Shown here: positions 50,743 through 60,011 of the stretch, in pieces | How the letters are laid out: every line of letters begins with the position of its first letter | How positions within the stretch are numbered: the first letter of the stretch is position 1 | Sequence record: MG655267.1 | Length of the DNA: 64,000 bases | Reading direction: 5' to 3' (one strand) | Notes under the pieces: model-generated | Database searches by the model: none | What the model saw: only the letters and a program-made list of their open reading frames with translations | What the model was told of the DNA's origin: nothing | Translations under genes and position numbers: made by a program

Positions 50743-52000
50743 GACACCCGCATCGAAGGTTCCAAACCCGGTGCAGAACCCGGTGATCAAATCACCGGAG
50801 GTTAGAAACGAAGTGGTCGATTCCACTTATAACCCCCGTAAGTCGTTAATGACCTTTGTCGGGGGTTCGTCTTGGGTCATCACCTATTACAGTCAGGTCT
50901 TGGGTGAGGGCAGTGAACCCATGGCCTTGCAGCATGACGAGCAAGGGACCACACAGCAGTACCTGCGTATTCGTCGCAATGTCATGAAAGTCTCCACACC
51001 ACTGAACCATAACCCCGAGAAAGACCAGGGGCAAATGGAAATCACCGGGGCCGGCTATCTGATGCCAGGGATTGTACCGAACCAAGGTGACATGTTTGTC
51101 GCCGATGTGGGTGATGGTCGTGCTGGACTCTTTACCATCAACGATATCGAGATCATGTCCATCTACAACGACACTGCGTATCAGGTGACGTATGAGATGA
51201 CGGACTTCTGGGATGCTGCTATCCAGAAGCTGCTCGATGACAAGACGGTGCAAGACACGGTCTATGACATGGACTTTGCCCGTACGGGTAAGAACCCGAT
51301 CATCGCCTCGGAAGACTTCTTTAACCGTGAGCGCATGATGGGACTGGAGGCCTCGTTAATCCATCACTTCTTCATGACGTTTTATGATAACGAGTTCAAC
51401 ACCTTCTTACTCCCGGGGCAGTTGCGCACTACTTACGACCCGTACCATGCCCGGTTTGTGGATAAGTTGATTGACTACGATTCACGCCCAGGTCATGCCC
51501 GGGTTAACATCTACGACGAGTCACTCAAGGGTAATGCAAAACCCACCACGATCTGGGACCTGTTAGTTGCACAAGACCCACTGATGTTTAAGTACATCAC
51601 CAAACAGATGCAAGTCTTACCCGCGACATACTTTCGCAGTGCCACCGCGCTGTACGGGGCAATTGCGTATGCAGGTATCTACGGGGTGGTTTATCCGGTC
51701 AGTACCGATATCTTCATTAATACCGATATCGCCATTCCAGTGACACCCATCAACCCCTTGCTGTTCAGTGGGATTGGGATCAACAAGACCTACGTGTTAA
51801 GTGAGGCCTTCTATCTGCAGCAACCGCATCTGATGAGCGAACTGGAGCGGCAGGTGTATAACCTTATTACCGGCTTACCCATCAACGTGGAAAAGCTGAT
51901 CGATTTGGTGGATGCCTACTTCGAGGCAGCTCCATTGGTACAATACTACGCATTTCCTCTATTAGTGTGTTTGTGCCGAACCGCACGTTATCGTTTATAG
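50729..52000 (+). CDS. Virion structural protein (head-tail joining candidate)
   Basis: ATG 50729; MPGIVPNQGDMF resembles the P..GD motif of neck/head-closure proteins. Confidence 0.6.
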   Translation: MAIAKTPASKVPNPVQNPVIKSPEVRNEVVDSTYNPRKSLMTFVGGSSWVITYYSQVLGEGSEPMALQHDEQGTTQQYLRIRRNVMKVSTPLNHNPEKDQGQMEITGAGYLMPGIVPNQGDMFVADVGDGRAGLFTINDIEIMSIYNDTAYQVTYEMTDFWDAAIQKLLDDKTVQDTVYDMDFARTGKNPIIASEDFFNRERMMGLEASLIHHFFMTFYDNEFNTFLLPGQLRTTYDPYHARFVDKLIDYDSRPGHARVNIYDESLKGNAKPTTIWDLLVAQDPLMFKYITKQMQVLPATYFRSATALYGAIAYAGIYGVVYPVSTDIFINTDIAIPVTPINPLLFSGIGINKTYVLSEAFYLQQPHLMSELERQVYNLITGLPINVEKLIDLVDAYFEAAPLVQYYAFPLLVCLCRTARYRL

Positions 52001-52007
52001 GTGTTCT

Positions 52008-52637
52008 ATGACCCAGGTGATACATAGCACGGAATTTCTAAAGAGTGAACTGGAGCGTTTACAAGTGGTGCTGTTCGAGTGCCGCTATGAATGCCGTATC
52101 CGCCAACGCGATCTCTACGATGTTGACTATCTGCAAAACGTGGGACTGCCATCATCTGGGATAGCTTGGCTCGATCAGGAGATGGACAACCAGTTAGTGG
52201 ATATGTTCCTTACCATTAACAAGATGACCGAGTGTGTGAAGAACGGGTATAACTTCTACATCAACTACCCGGAGACCTACGCAGGGATCATCTACAAAGC
52301 GATCACCGACTACATCCGCTATTACGGCGAGCTCTCGGACCGTTTCCCGAACTTACCGTTACCGGATCAGGACGACTTTGAGATCCTGGACCAGACCGCG
52401 AGTAAGATCTATACAGTCTATCGCTGCTATGAGAAACCGGAAGAACTCTCGGGGATTGTCGGTCGTCTGCGCCGACGTCGTCGCTCCTTCGATCTGCAGA
52501 ACCCGGTGGCCGAAGTTGAGCTGCAGCGTGATGAAGACGGTAACGTGATTGCGAAGGAACATAACTCGATGCTGGATATGTTTGCTGATCGCATGACCGT
52601 GAAGAGGATTCCAAAGCATGAATTTGGAGAAGAGTAG
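52008..52637 (+). CDS. Hypothetical core protein
   Basis: AGGTG SD; 209 aa; overlaps the next gene. Confidence 0.7.
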   Translation: MTQVIHSTEFLKSELERLQVVLFECRYECRIRQRDLYDVDYLQNVGLPSSGIAWLDQEMDNQLVDMFLTINKMTECVKNGYNFYINYPETYAGIIYKAITDYIRYYGELSDRFPNLPLPDQDDFEILDQTASKIYTVYRCYEKPEELSGIVGRLRRRRRSFDLQNPVAEVELQRDEDGNVIAKEHNSMLDMFADRMTVKRIPKHEFGEE

Positions 52638-53979
52638 TCTTTATAATGAAATCATCGCGATCGGGACCAAAGGCGGGCGCAGTGTCTACCGAATAAAGGC
52701 GGAGATCTTTTTTGATACCACCGTCTGTTCGGTATTCCGGGTACGCAGCCTCAATCGCTTTGATGACTTCATGAATCGCTACAGTGAAGAGCTGAACATT
52801 GAAGTGGCAATGTCGGAGGGGGTGTACAACCAACAGATCATCCCCAATGCCACGCGGCTTAAGATGCACCTGGTGATTAACAAGTACGAACCGGGACAAG
52901 AACCCGTCAGTACGCGCTACACACTTCGGGTGTTTCCTAAAACGGGATATGACCCGCAGCTGACACAACAACGGGCCGCGGATATCAACCAGGCTGCGAT
53001 TGCTGCAACCTCCTTGCAGTTCTATCAGTTCCAGTTGTTTACCTCTGCGATTGAACAACTCAGTGCAACGCCGTGTGCCGGGATCTTTCCTACTACCTCA
53101 CCGGCGGCGTTAATTCGGGTGTTACTAGGCGGGGTGTCGGAAGGGCTGGAGTTACCGTTAGAGGAAAAGCCGCTGGGGATGGAGATGTACCCGGTGGATG
53201 CGGTGACGCCAGATGGCAAAGAGATCATCAAGAACCATGTGGTGGTCAAGCCGATTCAGTTGTGTGACTTGCCGGGCTTTCTGCAGCATGAGTACGGGTT
53301 GTACAAGACAGCGATTGGGTCGTATTACCATAAGCAGTATTGGCACATCTGGCCGCTCTATAACACCAAACGGTTTGAACTGGTGCGCAAGAACCTGATT
53401 GTAGTCAACGTTCCTAAGGATAAGTTCCCCAACATGGAACACACCTACGAGATGCGTGGCTCGAGTCTGTGTGTCTTGGCGACCGGTGATACTGCAGTGC
53501 ACGACACGTCGAACCTGGCGCAATACCAGGAAGGCAATGGCGTCAGAGCAACCCGGTCCTCTGCGATGAGTGGTGATGAGGGGATGGAGGTGAAGCAGGG
53601 GCAAGTGGTGCTGCAGCGTGGTGCGACTAACTCTGAGTTCATTACCAATACCCGTCAAGGTGCAGTTAACTTTGCCCCCATGGCCGGTGAGATCACGGAC
53701 AACAGTTATCGCATTGTGTCAAAGACCGCAGTTAATAATGGATCTACCATTCAGGTGACCTGGCAGAACGCCGACCCTGAGCTGATCTTCCCTGGCATGC
53801 CGGTGAAGTACCTCTACATGAAGTCGACGGGTGTTGAACAACGCTACGGGACGCTGGTGATGGCAGAGGCGCATTATCGACTGGCACAGGACGGGTTAGC
53901 TGATGAGGTGATGTTGTGTGATATGGCCTTAACCTTGTTCATTGATACCGCCGACGAAACCGCCAACAGTTCATTGTAA
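52618..53979 (+). CDS. Virion structural protein, baseplate-hub-like
   Basis: AAGGA SD; beta-rich 453 aa; ELIFPGMPV motif typical of gp27/hub-type proteins. Confidence 0.55.
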   Translation: MNLEKSSLYNEIIAIGTKGGRSVYRIKAEIFFDTTVCSVFRVRSLNRFDDFMNRYSEELNIEVAMSEGVYNQQIIPNATRLKMHLVINKYEPGQEPVSTRYTLRVFPKTGYDPQLTQQRAADINQAAIAATSLQFYQFQLFTSAIEQLSATPCAGIFPTTSPAALIRVLLGGVSEGLELPLEEKPLGMEMYPVDAVTPDGKEIIKNHVVVKPIQLCDLPGFLQHEYGLYKTAIGSYYHKQYWHIWPLYNTKRFELVRKNLIVVNVPKDKFPNMEHTYEMRGSSLCVLATGDTAVHDTSNLAQYQEGNGVRATRSSAMSGDEGMEVKQGQVVLQRGATNSEFITNTRQGAVNFAPMAGEITDNSYRIVSKTAVNNGSTIQVTWQNADPELIFPGMPVKYLYMKSTGVEQRYGTLVMAEAHYRLAQDGLADEVMLCDMALTLFIDTADETANSSL

Positions 53980-53994
53980 TTAGTGACATTCATC

Positions 53995-54028
53995 CCTAGT
54001 CTTATGAGCTCCTGGCTCATAGGCTAGG
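53995..54028 (+). terminator. Hairpin at the end of the structural operon
   Basis: CCTAGTCTTATGAGC-TCCTG-GCTCATAGGCTAGG (one bulge). Confidence 0.5.
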
Positions 54029-54042
54029 ATGGATTTATTCTT

Positions 54043-54055
54043 AGACCTACATTAT
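54043..54055 (+). promoter_or_regulatory. Putative early promoter motif
   Basis: AGACCTACATTAT, about 35 nt upstream of ATG 54089. Confidence 0.6.
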
Positions 54056-54088
54056 CGAGATGATCCAATAAAATATAAGGACTTCACC

Positions 54089-55567
54089 ATGAGTCGCAAT
54101 TTCTCGTTGACCACCCTCATCAATCTCCTTCAAGCTGAGCTCGATTGGTACTCTACCCAGTTTCCTGAGTTTGAAGCCGATGTGCTGGACATTGTTAATA
54201 ACACCATCAGCGGTAAGTTAACCGCCAGTGACTTTGGCTGGACTTATAATCGCCTGATCTCTAAGTTCGGTCTGGTGATGCAGGATACCGGTAACCCGCG
54301 GGCAAGGTTCTTGCGTTGCATCGTACCGAACTGCACCCATGGTATTATCCCACAGCTGCAGAGCATTCGTAATTACGGCGATCAACACATCGATCGTGAT
54401 CACATCATGGCCAGCGCTGTAGAGATCTTGTTGGGAAATTCCGTCGCCCCGATTATCAGCAGTTTTTATAAAAGCATCAAGCAGGGTGGCGATACTGCAC
54501 CGTGGGAGCGTGAGGGCTATTATGAATTGTTGTATATGCGCTTGCGCAACAACCGCCATCAATTCCCTTCAGGCTTTCAGGTGCTGCAACCCCAACCGCG
54601 CTTGACGGATGAACTCTCCACTGAGATCTATCGTCGCTTTGATGAGATTGTCGGTACCCTGGAGAAGTTTAACAGCGACCCACAATACGCGTCAGAGAAC
54701 TACACCCTGCACGGCCTGCAAGATCCGTGGACTCATGCCGGGACTCGGGGCGATACCATGGCAGCGAAGTTGTGCCGTGCAATTGATGGTGAACACCCCC
54801 ACCACTATGACGAAGATGAAGACGAGGAGCTTTCGTTTAACCTCACGCCCTATAACCCGGAAGCGGATTTAGTGAGCACGCTGAATAACGTGCATCATCT
54901 TCAGCCGATTGTGAAAGCCATCGTCAGTGCGGCAGCCACCAAAGAGTCTATTGATGAACGTTACCCGTTTCGTCAACCTCACGGTGTGCTTCAGTTGGTG
55001 CAGAAAGGTTACTTCGATGGCCTGACCCCAAAACACCTCAATGAGATCTACAGCACCGATCTCACGATCCCTGCGATCCACAACGTGTTAAGTAAGGTAA
55101 CTTACTATAGTCGCGATGACCGTGCGCAGCTTGAACTCGACCAGAACGGCAACATTCCTGATCGTCAGATCAACCCGGTAGTCACTAACTTTAACCAAGC
55201 TTTAAATCGCGCATACCCAACCAATATCCCGTTACTGACCATTCCGATGCCGGTGGCCATGAACGAAGAGCTCGACTTTGCAGTCCTCGCGAAAACCGAG
55301 ATCAGAAACTATAACCGGGATGGGTATCTGTGGTTGTTGCTCGGTATCGTCTTTGACATCAGTAAAATGACCGTGACGTATCGCCGTCAGCTGAACCGCA
55401 TCAAAGGCGTGCCGTTACGTAAGGTGTGGGAATTGCCTCTGATCGTCACACCACATCGCACCATCGAAGAGATCTTTGCTGATCTTGGTTATGAAATCTT
55501 AGAGGTAACTGATCCAAATGCCAAAACAGAAGCTCCAGTTCGAAAACCTGGTGGCAAGCGTAAATGA
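54089..55567 (+). CDS. Hypothetical protein
   Basis: AAGGA SD before ATG 54089; about 490 aa with an internal acidic patch DEDEDEE. Confidence 0.78.
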   Translation: MSRNFSLTTLINLLQAELDWYSTQFPEFEADVLDIVNNTISGKLTASDFGWTYNRLISKFGLVMQDTGNPRARFLRCIVPNCTHGIIPQLQSIRNYGDQHIDRDHIMASAVEILLGNSVAPIISSFYKSIKQGGDTAPWEREGYYELLYMRLRNNRHQFPSGFQVLQPQPRLTDELSTEIYRRFDEIVGTLEKFNSDPQYASENYTLHGLQDPWTHAGTRGDTMAAKLCRAIDGEHPHHYDEDEDEELSFNLTPYNPEADLVSTLNNVHHLQPIVKAIVSAAATKESIDERYPFRQPHGVLQLVQKGYFDGLTPKHLNEIYSTDLTIPAIHNVLSKVTYYSRDDRAQLELDQNGNIPDRQINPVVTNFNQALNRAYPTNIPLLTIPMPVAMNEELDFAVLAKTEIRNYNRDGYLWLLLGIVFDISKMTVTYRRQLNRIKGVPLRKVWELPLIVTPHRTIEEIFADLGYEILEVTDPNAKTEAPVRKPGGKRK

Positions 55568-55913
55568 TTTCGCTGGTCAACTGGGTCAGGTAGCTGTGCT
55601 GATCGAAGGCTTTGATGGGGGCGCTAAGCGCCCCTACTTAGCGTTTGCTCTCCATATGCTCCTTTCATCAGACGCGTCCGAGCGACTGGGTGCCGGTTGG
55701 TACCTGCTGCTCATTCGGGCTATGTACAACGAACTCGGCCATGAGTTCACTACCGTCGATGAGTTAGATGACTTCATCGATACCTTTTATGACTTGTTTG
55801 ATGCGCACAACATCGAACTGAACGACGCCGTCGTGAACGAATTGAATATCGCTTTCGACATGTTTGAAGAGTCACTCGACCTGGGTGATGCCACCGACGA
55901 GTATGACGACTAA
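55518..55913 (+). CDS. Small, highly acidic hypothetical protein
   Basis: GAGGT SD; 21 D/E and no K/R in the last 60 residues. Confidence 0.72.
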   Translation: MPKQKLQFENLVASVNDFAGQLGQVAVLIEGFDGGAKRPYLAFALHMLLSSDASERLGAGWYLLLIRAMYNELGHEFTTVDELDDFIDTFYDLFDAHNIELNDAVVNELNIAFDMFEESLDLGDATDEYDD

Positions 55914-55942
55914 TTCCTATCCTTAATTAACCGAGACGTAAA

Positions 55943-56164
55943 ATGAAAAAGAACATCCTACTGGCTGTGGTCCTGTTGTCCGCACTTCCTTCTGTAAAGG
56001 CATCCATGGATGTCCCGCCAGATCCGTACACCATTCAGTGTTTATCGGAGACTGAATGCTTTTATGCTAATGGACGTAAAGTGACTGAGCAGGAACTTCA
56101 GAAACTGGCGCTCCTGATTCAACAAGAGGAACAAAATGAGTCAAGTCAAAACAATGACGGCTGA
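55943..56164 (+). CDS. Small secreted protein
   Basis: MKKNILLAVVLLSALPSVKA signal peptide; C-x5-C pair. Confidence 0.65.
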   Translation: MKKNILLAVVLLSALPSVKASMDVPPDPYTIQCLSETECFYANGRKVTEQELQKLALLIQQEEQNESSQNNDG

Positions 56165-56918
56165 AGAGATCAGAAAGGCGATGTGGGTCTATGATGCATT
56201 GTCTAACAGCCACCGTGGTCTGTATGTCAAAGCAGAAGGTCCGGATGGTTCGGGTAAGTCAACCTTTGTGAAACTGCTAACGGAATGGTTGCAGACACAG
56301 TTAGGTAACAGCCGGGCGATTATGACCCGTGAAATGGGCGGCACTGCACAAGGTCGTGTCTTTCGTGAAATGGTGCTCTTCCCTAAAGAGACCCAAGAGC
56401 TGGATCTGCAAACTGAAACGCTGCTGTGTTGGGCTGATCGGGTTGAAGGTCAGAAGCAAGTTAAAGCCTGGTTAAACGCCGGGATCGCTGTGGTTCAGGA
56501 TCGCACCTACTTCTCCACCTACGCTTATCAAGGCATGCTGTACGGACAGTCACCGTTGGTAAGCAAGATTCATTCCGGCCTGGACATCATGAACGCGGAT
56601 ATCGTGTTTGTGTTGGACGTTGACCCAGAAGACATTCTGGCACGCGTAGGTCGTCGTGAAGCAAAGGGTAATGAAGATCCAACGGGTAATGACCGGATGG
56701 ATGTGATGACCGATCGGCAGCTAAAAGACCTCTGCTACTTTTACCGGGGTATTGAGCACCAGATGCCCGCCTGTGCCAATATCAAACAATCTAAAGTCAT
56801 CCACCTGGATGGCCGGCAAACGCAGGAGCAACTGCTGCAGGATGCCATTGTTCACTTAACCCGTTTTCTGGATGAGAAGGAACGCGAAGCAAATGACCTC
56901 TGCCGTGCTATTTGCTAA
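56136..56918 (+). CDS. tmk: Thymidylate (dTMP) kinase
   Basis: P-loop EGPDGSGKST, TREMGG and QDRTYFSTYAYQG. Confidence 0.9.
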   Translation: MSQVKTMTAEEIRKAMWVYDALSNSHRGLYVKAEGPDGSGKSTFVKLLTEWLQTQLGNSRAIMTREMGGTAQGRVFREMVLFPKETQELDLQTETLLCWADRVEGQKQVKAWLNAGIAVVQDRTYFSTYAYQGMLYGQSPLVSKIHSGLDIMNADIVFVLDVDPEDILARVGRREAKGNEDPTGNDRMDVMTDRQLKDLCYFYRGIEHQMPACANIKQSKVIHLDGRQTQEQLLQDAIVHLTRFLDEKEREANDLCRAIC

Positions 56919-57204
56919 TGTGACCGAACCCCTGTTACTGAAACTCAAAGAGGTGAATGAAGCGGTTGACCTCGAGTGGTTGATTGAACAGGGTAAGATG
57001 GTCAGTCTTATTCGTAAGAACGTCGTGCGTGCTGAACGTGACGACGGTGCGTCTGTGCATGTGATGGTGTTTCCCCGCGAGTATCTTCTGAACCTCGCTG
57101 AACGCCATGACGATGCGCAATATCAGGCCTGGTTAATCGAAAGCAAGATCAAGCCCTTTAAAGAGCATTACGCTCACGGCAGTCTCAGTATGTACGTGTA
57201 CTAA
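56893..57204 (+). CDS. Hypothetical protein
   Basis: ATG 56893 with upstream AAGGA; followed by a terminator. Confidence 0.62.
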   Translation: MTSAVLFANVTEPLLLKLKEVNEAVDLEWLIEQGKMVSLIRKNVVRAERDDGASVHVMVFPREYLLNLAERHDDAQYQAWLIESKIKPFKEHYAHGSLSMYVY

Positions 57205-57208
57205 CTTT

Positions 57209-57242
57209 AAGCAGGAGTAAGGAAACTTACTCCGCTTATGCC
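57209..57242 (+). terminator. Hairpin (GAAA loop) + TTATGCC element
   Basis: AAGC-A-GGAGTAAG-GAAA-CTTACTCC-GCTT-ATGCC. Confidence 0.7.
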
Positions 57243-57267
57243 AATTTAATTTAACCGGACGTGTATC

Positions 57268-57678
57268 ATGAAATTAGGCTTTTATTACGCATTAGTAAAG
57301 AACCATGTGTCAGGTAAACGTGAGATCTTATCCATCCAACGTGAGAGTGTCGCAGAACTCTTCCCAGTGTGTTATACGCGACTCTGTAAAGAGATTGAGG
57401 AAAACCACAGTGGTAAGTACGAAACCTCAGCATTGGCCTTTGGTGCGCTTAAAATCGAGTATCATGCAGCCAGTCAGTTGGGAACGGTATGGATTGGACA
57501 TACCAAGGTCGGAATCATTACCCCGAAAGCCACGTTGATCTCGGTAGGCGTGGAATATCCGATTGGGACTTTCTACTTATCCCCTCCGCCAAGTCTGCAG
57601 ATTGGTGACCCAGAACTGATTCAGTTACGGGATGTGGTGGCCAGTGTCATTGGTGACGCAACATGGGTGATGAACTAA
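57268..57678 (+). CDS. Hypothetical protein
   Basis: 136 aa; TAATG coupling with the next gene. Confidence 0.7.
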   Translation: MKLGFYYALVKNHVSGKREILSIQRESVAELFPVCYTRLCKEIEENHSGKYETSALAFGALKIEYHAASQLGTVWIGHTKVGIITPKATLISVGVEYPIGTFYLSPPPSLQIGDPELIQLRDVVASVIGDATWVMN

Positions 57679-58175
57679 TGGCGAAGATCAATGTCTCGAA
57701 TGCCACGACCTATAAGTTCTTTAAAGAACGTGCAAACCACACACTGCGTCATTTTGCCCAAGATCTTGATCCGGGTATTCTGCCGGTCGTAAGGGAGCTT
57801 AACGCAATAGAAGGCATCGCCCCTGTCTGGAGTTGTGAGTCACACCCTAAAGGTAATGCACATCTTCTTCGCGAGGCATACGTTATCTGTGTGGTCACTG
57901 GGCGGGGGATGGATAAGTTAGAAGAGATCTATAAAGAATGGATGCGGTTGCTAGACCAAGATCGATCATCCTGGCGTAAAGATGATACCGCCCATTCTCG
58001 TAGAAAACGAGTATTTGCTCATCATGTGGTAATCACAACACGTCGCTTGACTTGGCCTAATGACTTCAGTCGCCACTATACCTCTGTCTGTTTAGGGTAT
58101 GAGCGCCTTAATGCCGTCAACAAGCGCTTGGTGCTTCTGTCGTTTGAACAAGCTATCCGTAACGTAACCTTTTAA
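57678..58175 (+). CDS. TYW3-like (Taw3 fold) protein of unknown function
   Basis: DLDPGILPVVRELNAIEGIAPVWSCESHP resembles the TYW3 N-terminal D..I..L...IN......T.SSCSGR motif. Confidence 0.6.
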   Translation: MAKINVSNATTYKFFKERANHTLRHFAQDLDPGILPVVRELNAIEGIAPVWSCESHPKGNAHLLREAYVICVVTGRGMDKLEEIYKEWMRLLDQDRSSWRKDDTAHSRRKRVFAHHVVITTRRLTWPNDFSRHYTSVCLGYERLNAVNKRLVLLSFEQAIRNVTF

Positions 58176-58182
58176 ACTTAAT

Positions 58183-58251
58183 CGGCATAACCCCCTGAGA
58201 GAGAAGCATTGCGCTTCTCTCTCAGGGATGCCTGAATCTCTTTTTTTTTTT
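58183..58251 (+). terminator. Strong intrinsic terminator
   Basis: CGGCATAA + 15-bp stem CCCTGAGAGAGAAGC/GCTTCTCTCTCAGGG + ATGCC + T11. Confidence 0.85.
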
Positions 58252-58371
58252 AGTCTGGTTAAATATAGTGGATAGAGAATTAACTTGAATAACAAAAAAT
58301 AAAGCAAAGTAATATCAACGCCGGTAAGGGCTACAACAGTTGTTCTAATTTTCAGGCACGTAGCCTAGGAG

Positions 58372-58409
58372 AAAAAAAAGGAGGAAGCAGCTTATCCAGT
58401 TACTTCCTC
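58372..58409 (-). terminator. Intrinsic terminator after the DnaB-like helicase
   Basis: Minus strand reads GAGGAAG...CTTCCTC-C-T8. Confidence 0.65.
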
Positions 58410-58450
58410 AAAAACGTTATTTCTCGTCGTCCCCATTCTGGGACATAGTA

Positions 58451-59983
58451 TTACCCAAACCACGGAGCTCCACCGCCATCAGAGTTTGTCTCTCCGGCAA
58501 CGTGCTTACGGGATTTGTCCTTTCCATTCACATCATCAAGAATACCGACTCCAGGTTCGAACTTGTAAACGCAATATTTATCACGCTCAGGTGTAATCGA
58601 AATGGTGCGATGCTTACCGCGCTGAATGCACAGATAAGACTCTTCACCAACACGGACAATATGGATAATCATTTCCACATCGACTTCTTGGTCGATCTTG
58701 GTACAGTTATCCCAATAACCTTTATTCGCTGTTTCACGTGGAAGGTCTTCTTCGAGACCGTTACGGACCAGCATCTTCGCAGCAGGACTCAACTGATGCG
58801 GAGTAATGACACAGATACCACGAGCTGAAGTAAAGTTACGGACACGACGGAAAAGATCACGGTACTCTTGTCCCGCAACACCTTTCTCGCAACCTTCTTT
58901 ACTGAACATCCCCAGGTAGTCGATGGTTAATAGATGAATCTCATAGCCCATGTTCTCAAAGTGCTTGATACGCTCAAAGAGATTACGGTAACCAAACTGC
59001 GATGGGTTAACACGACAGAAGTTGACTTCATAACCGTTAATAGACAAGGCGGCTAAGACTTCACGGGCTGCTTCCGCTTCGTCTACTGTCTGATGGTTAT
59101 GATCCAGTCCATCGATGTTTGCTTTGATCTTCTTCCACCACAGAACCATGTTGTCGGTCATGTTGTTTTCAGAAGAGATGTGCATGATCATCGGTTTCTT
59201 CTTCGGATCACGCATGTACGGTTTGTTAAAGGTGGCGATCTGCCGTGTCAGGTCCATGGTGAAGCCGGTCTTGTTGTTGTGCTGCAATGCGCCAATCAAG
59301 ACGAACTCACTGCGACGGAACCCGCCCACTTCACCCAGCATGCGGTTGATACCGGTGTAACCTGTCTTTAATACCCCAAGCGTAGAAGACTCTTCTTTCG
59401 CCTGCTTAAAGATCTTACCCACTTCTTCCAGGTTACTGACCGTGATGTCAGAGATCACCGCTGGGTCAAACTGCTCAGAGACACCGATGTTAACCGTTTC
59501 AATCTCTTCTAACAGCTTGACCACCGCAGAATCCATGTCGATGTCTTCACCGCCAAAGATGATAGGTGCTGCAAACCGCTTGATGATGGCCTTCGCCCGA
59601 CGGTGCTGATCCCACTTACGCAACTCACGTCCAATGGCAACCACAGACTGTTTGGCTTTGTAAGGATCATCCTCGGTGCTGCTGACACCCATTTCTAAGG
59701 CTTGGTAAGTTGCCGCGTCATGGCCGCAGTCAGTTAACAAGCGTTGAAGCAGATCAGTTTTATCCAGTGGTTGATTCTTAGGACGACTAATCATCCAGCG
59801 AATAGTACGGCGTAAAGCCAGCTGTACATTGCGGGATTCGTCATCACCTGTACCTTCAACAGGGGTCGGAATGTTATCCAGGAGCTCATCAACGAACTCA
59901 CTGCTGTCATCGCTGTCAGTGCCAACAATGGACTCTTGATAAAATAACGTAATAATCTTTATGAGTAATAGAACGGTTTCCAT
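58451..59983 (-). CDS. dnaB: DnaB-like replicative helicase (phiKZ gp118-like)
   Basis: GAGG SD before ATG 59983; INRMLG..GG, Walker A variant GALQHNNKT, ISSEN, Walker B TIDYL, TPHQLS and QRGKHR. Confidence 0.87.
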   Translation of the reverse strand: METVLLLIKIITLFYQESIVGTDSDDSSEFVDELLDNIPTPVEGTGDDESRNVQLALRRTIRWMISRPKNQPLDKTDLLQRLLTDCGHDAATYQALEMGVSSTEDDPYKAKQSVVAIGRELRKWDQHRRAKAIIKRFAAPIIFGGEDIDMDSAVVKLLEEIETVNIGVSEQFDPAVISDITVSNLEEVGKIFKQAKEESSTLGVLKTGYTGINRMLGEVGGFRRSEFVLIGALQHNNKTGFTMDLTRQIATFNKPYMRDPKKKPMIMHISSENNMTDNMVLWWKKIKANIDGLDHNHQTVDEAEAAREVLAALSINGYEVNFCRVNPSQFGYRNLFERIKHFENMGYEIHLLTIDYLGMFSKEGCEKGVAGQEYRDLFRRVRNFTSARGICVITPHQLSPAAKMLVRNGLEEDLPRETANKGYWDNCTKIDQEVDVEMIIHIVRVGEESYLCIQRGKHRTISITPERDKYCVYKFEPGVGILDDVNGKDKSRKHVAGETNSDGGGAPWFG

Positions 59984-60011
59984 TATGCCCCTCGTTATAA
60001 GGTAATTAACC

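Noticed and set aside
54029-54088. N-terminal extension of the 512-aa ORF from ATG 54029
   Set aside because: That ATG abuts the upstream hairpin and the extension overlaps the promoter motif; ATG 54089 has a proper SD. Similar upstream extensions were trimmed for ORFs at 793, 2576, 7986, 15338, 24595, 35375, 44192, 50690 and 60019.
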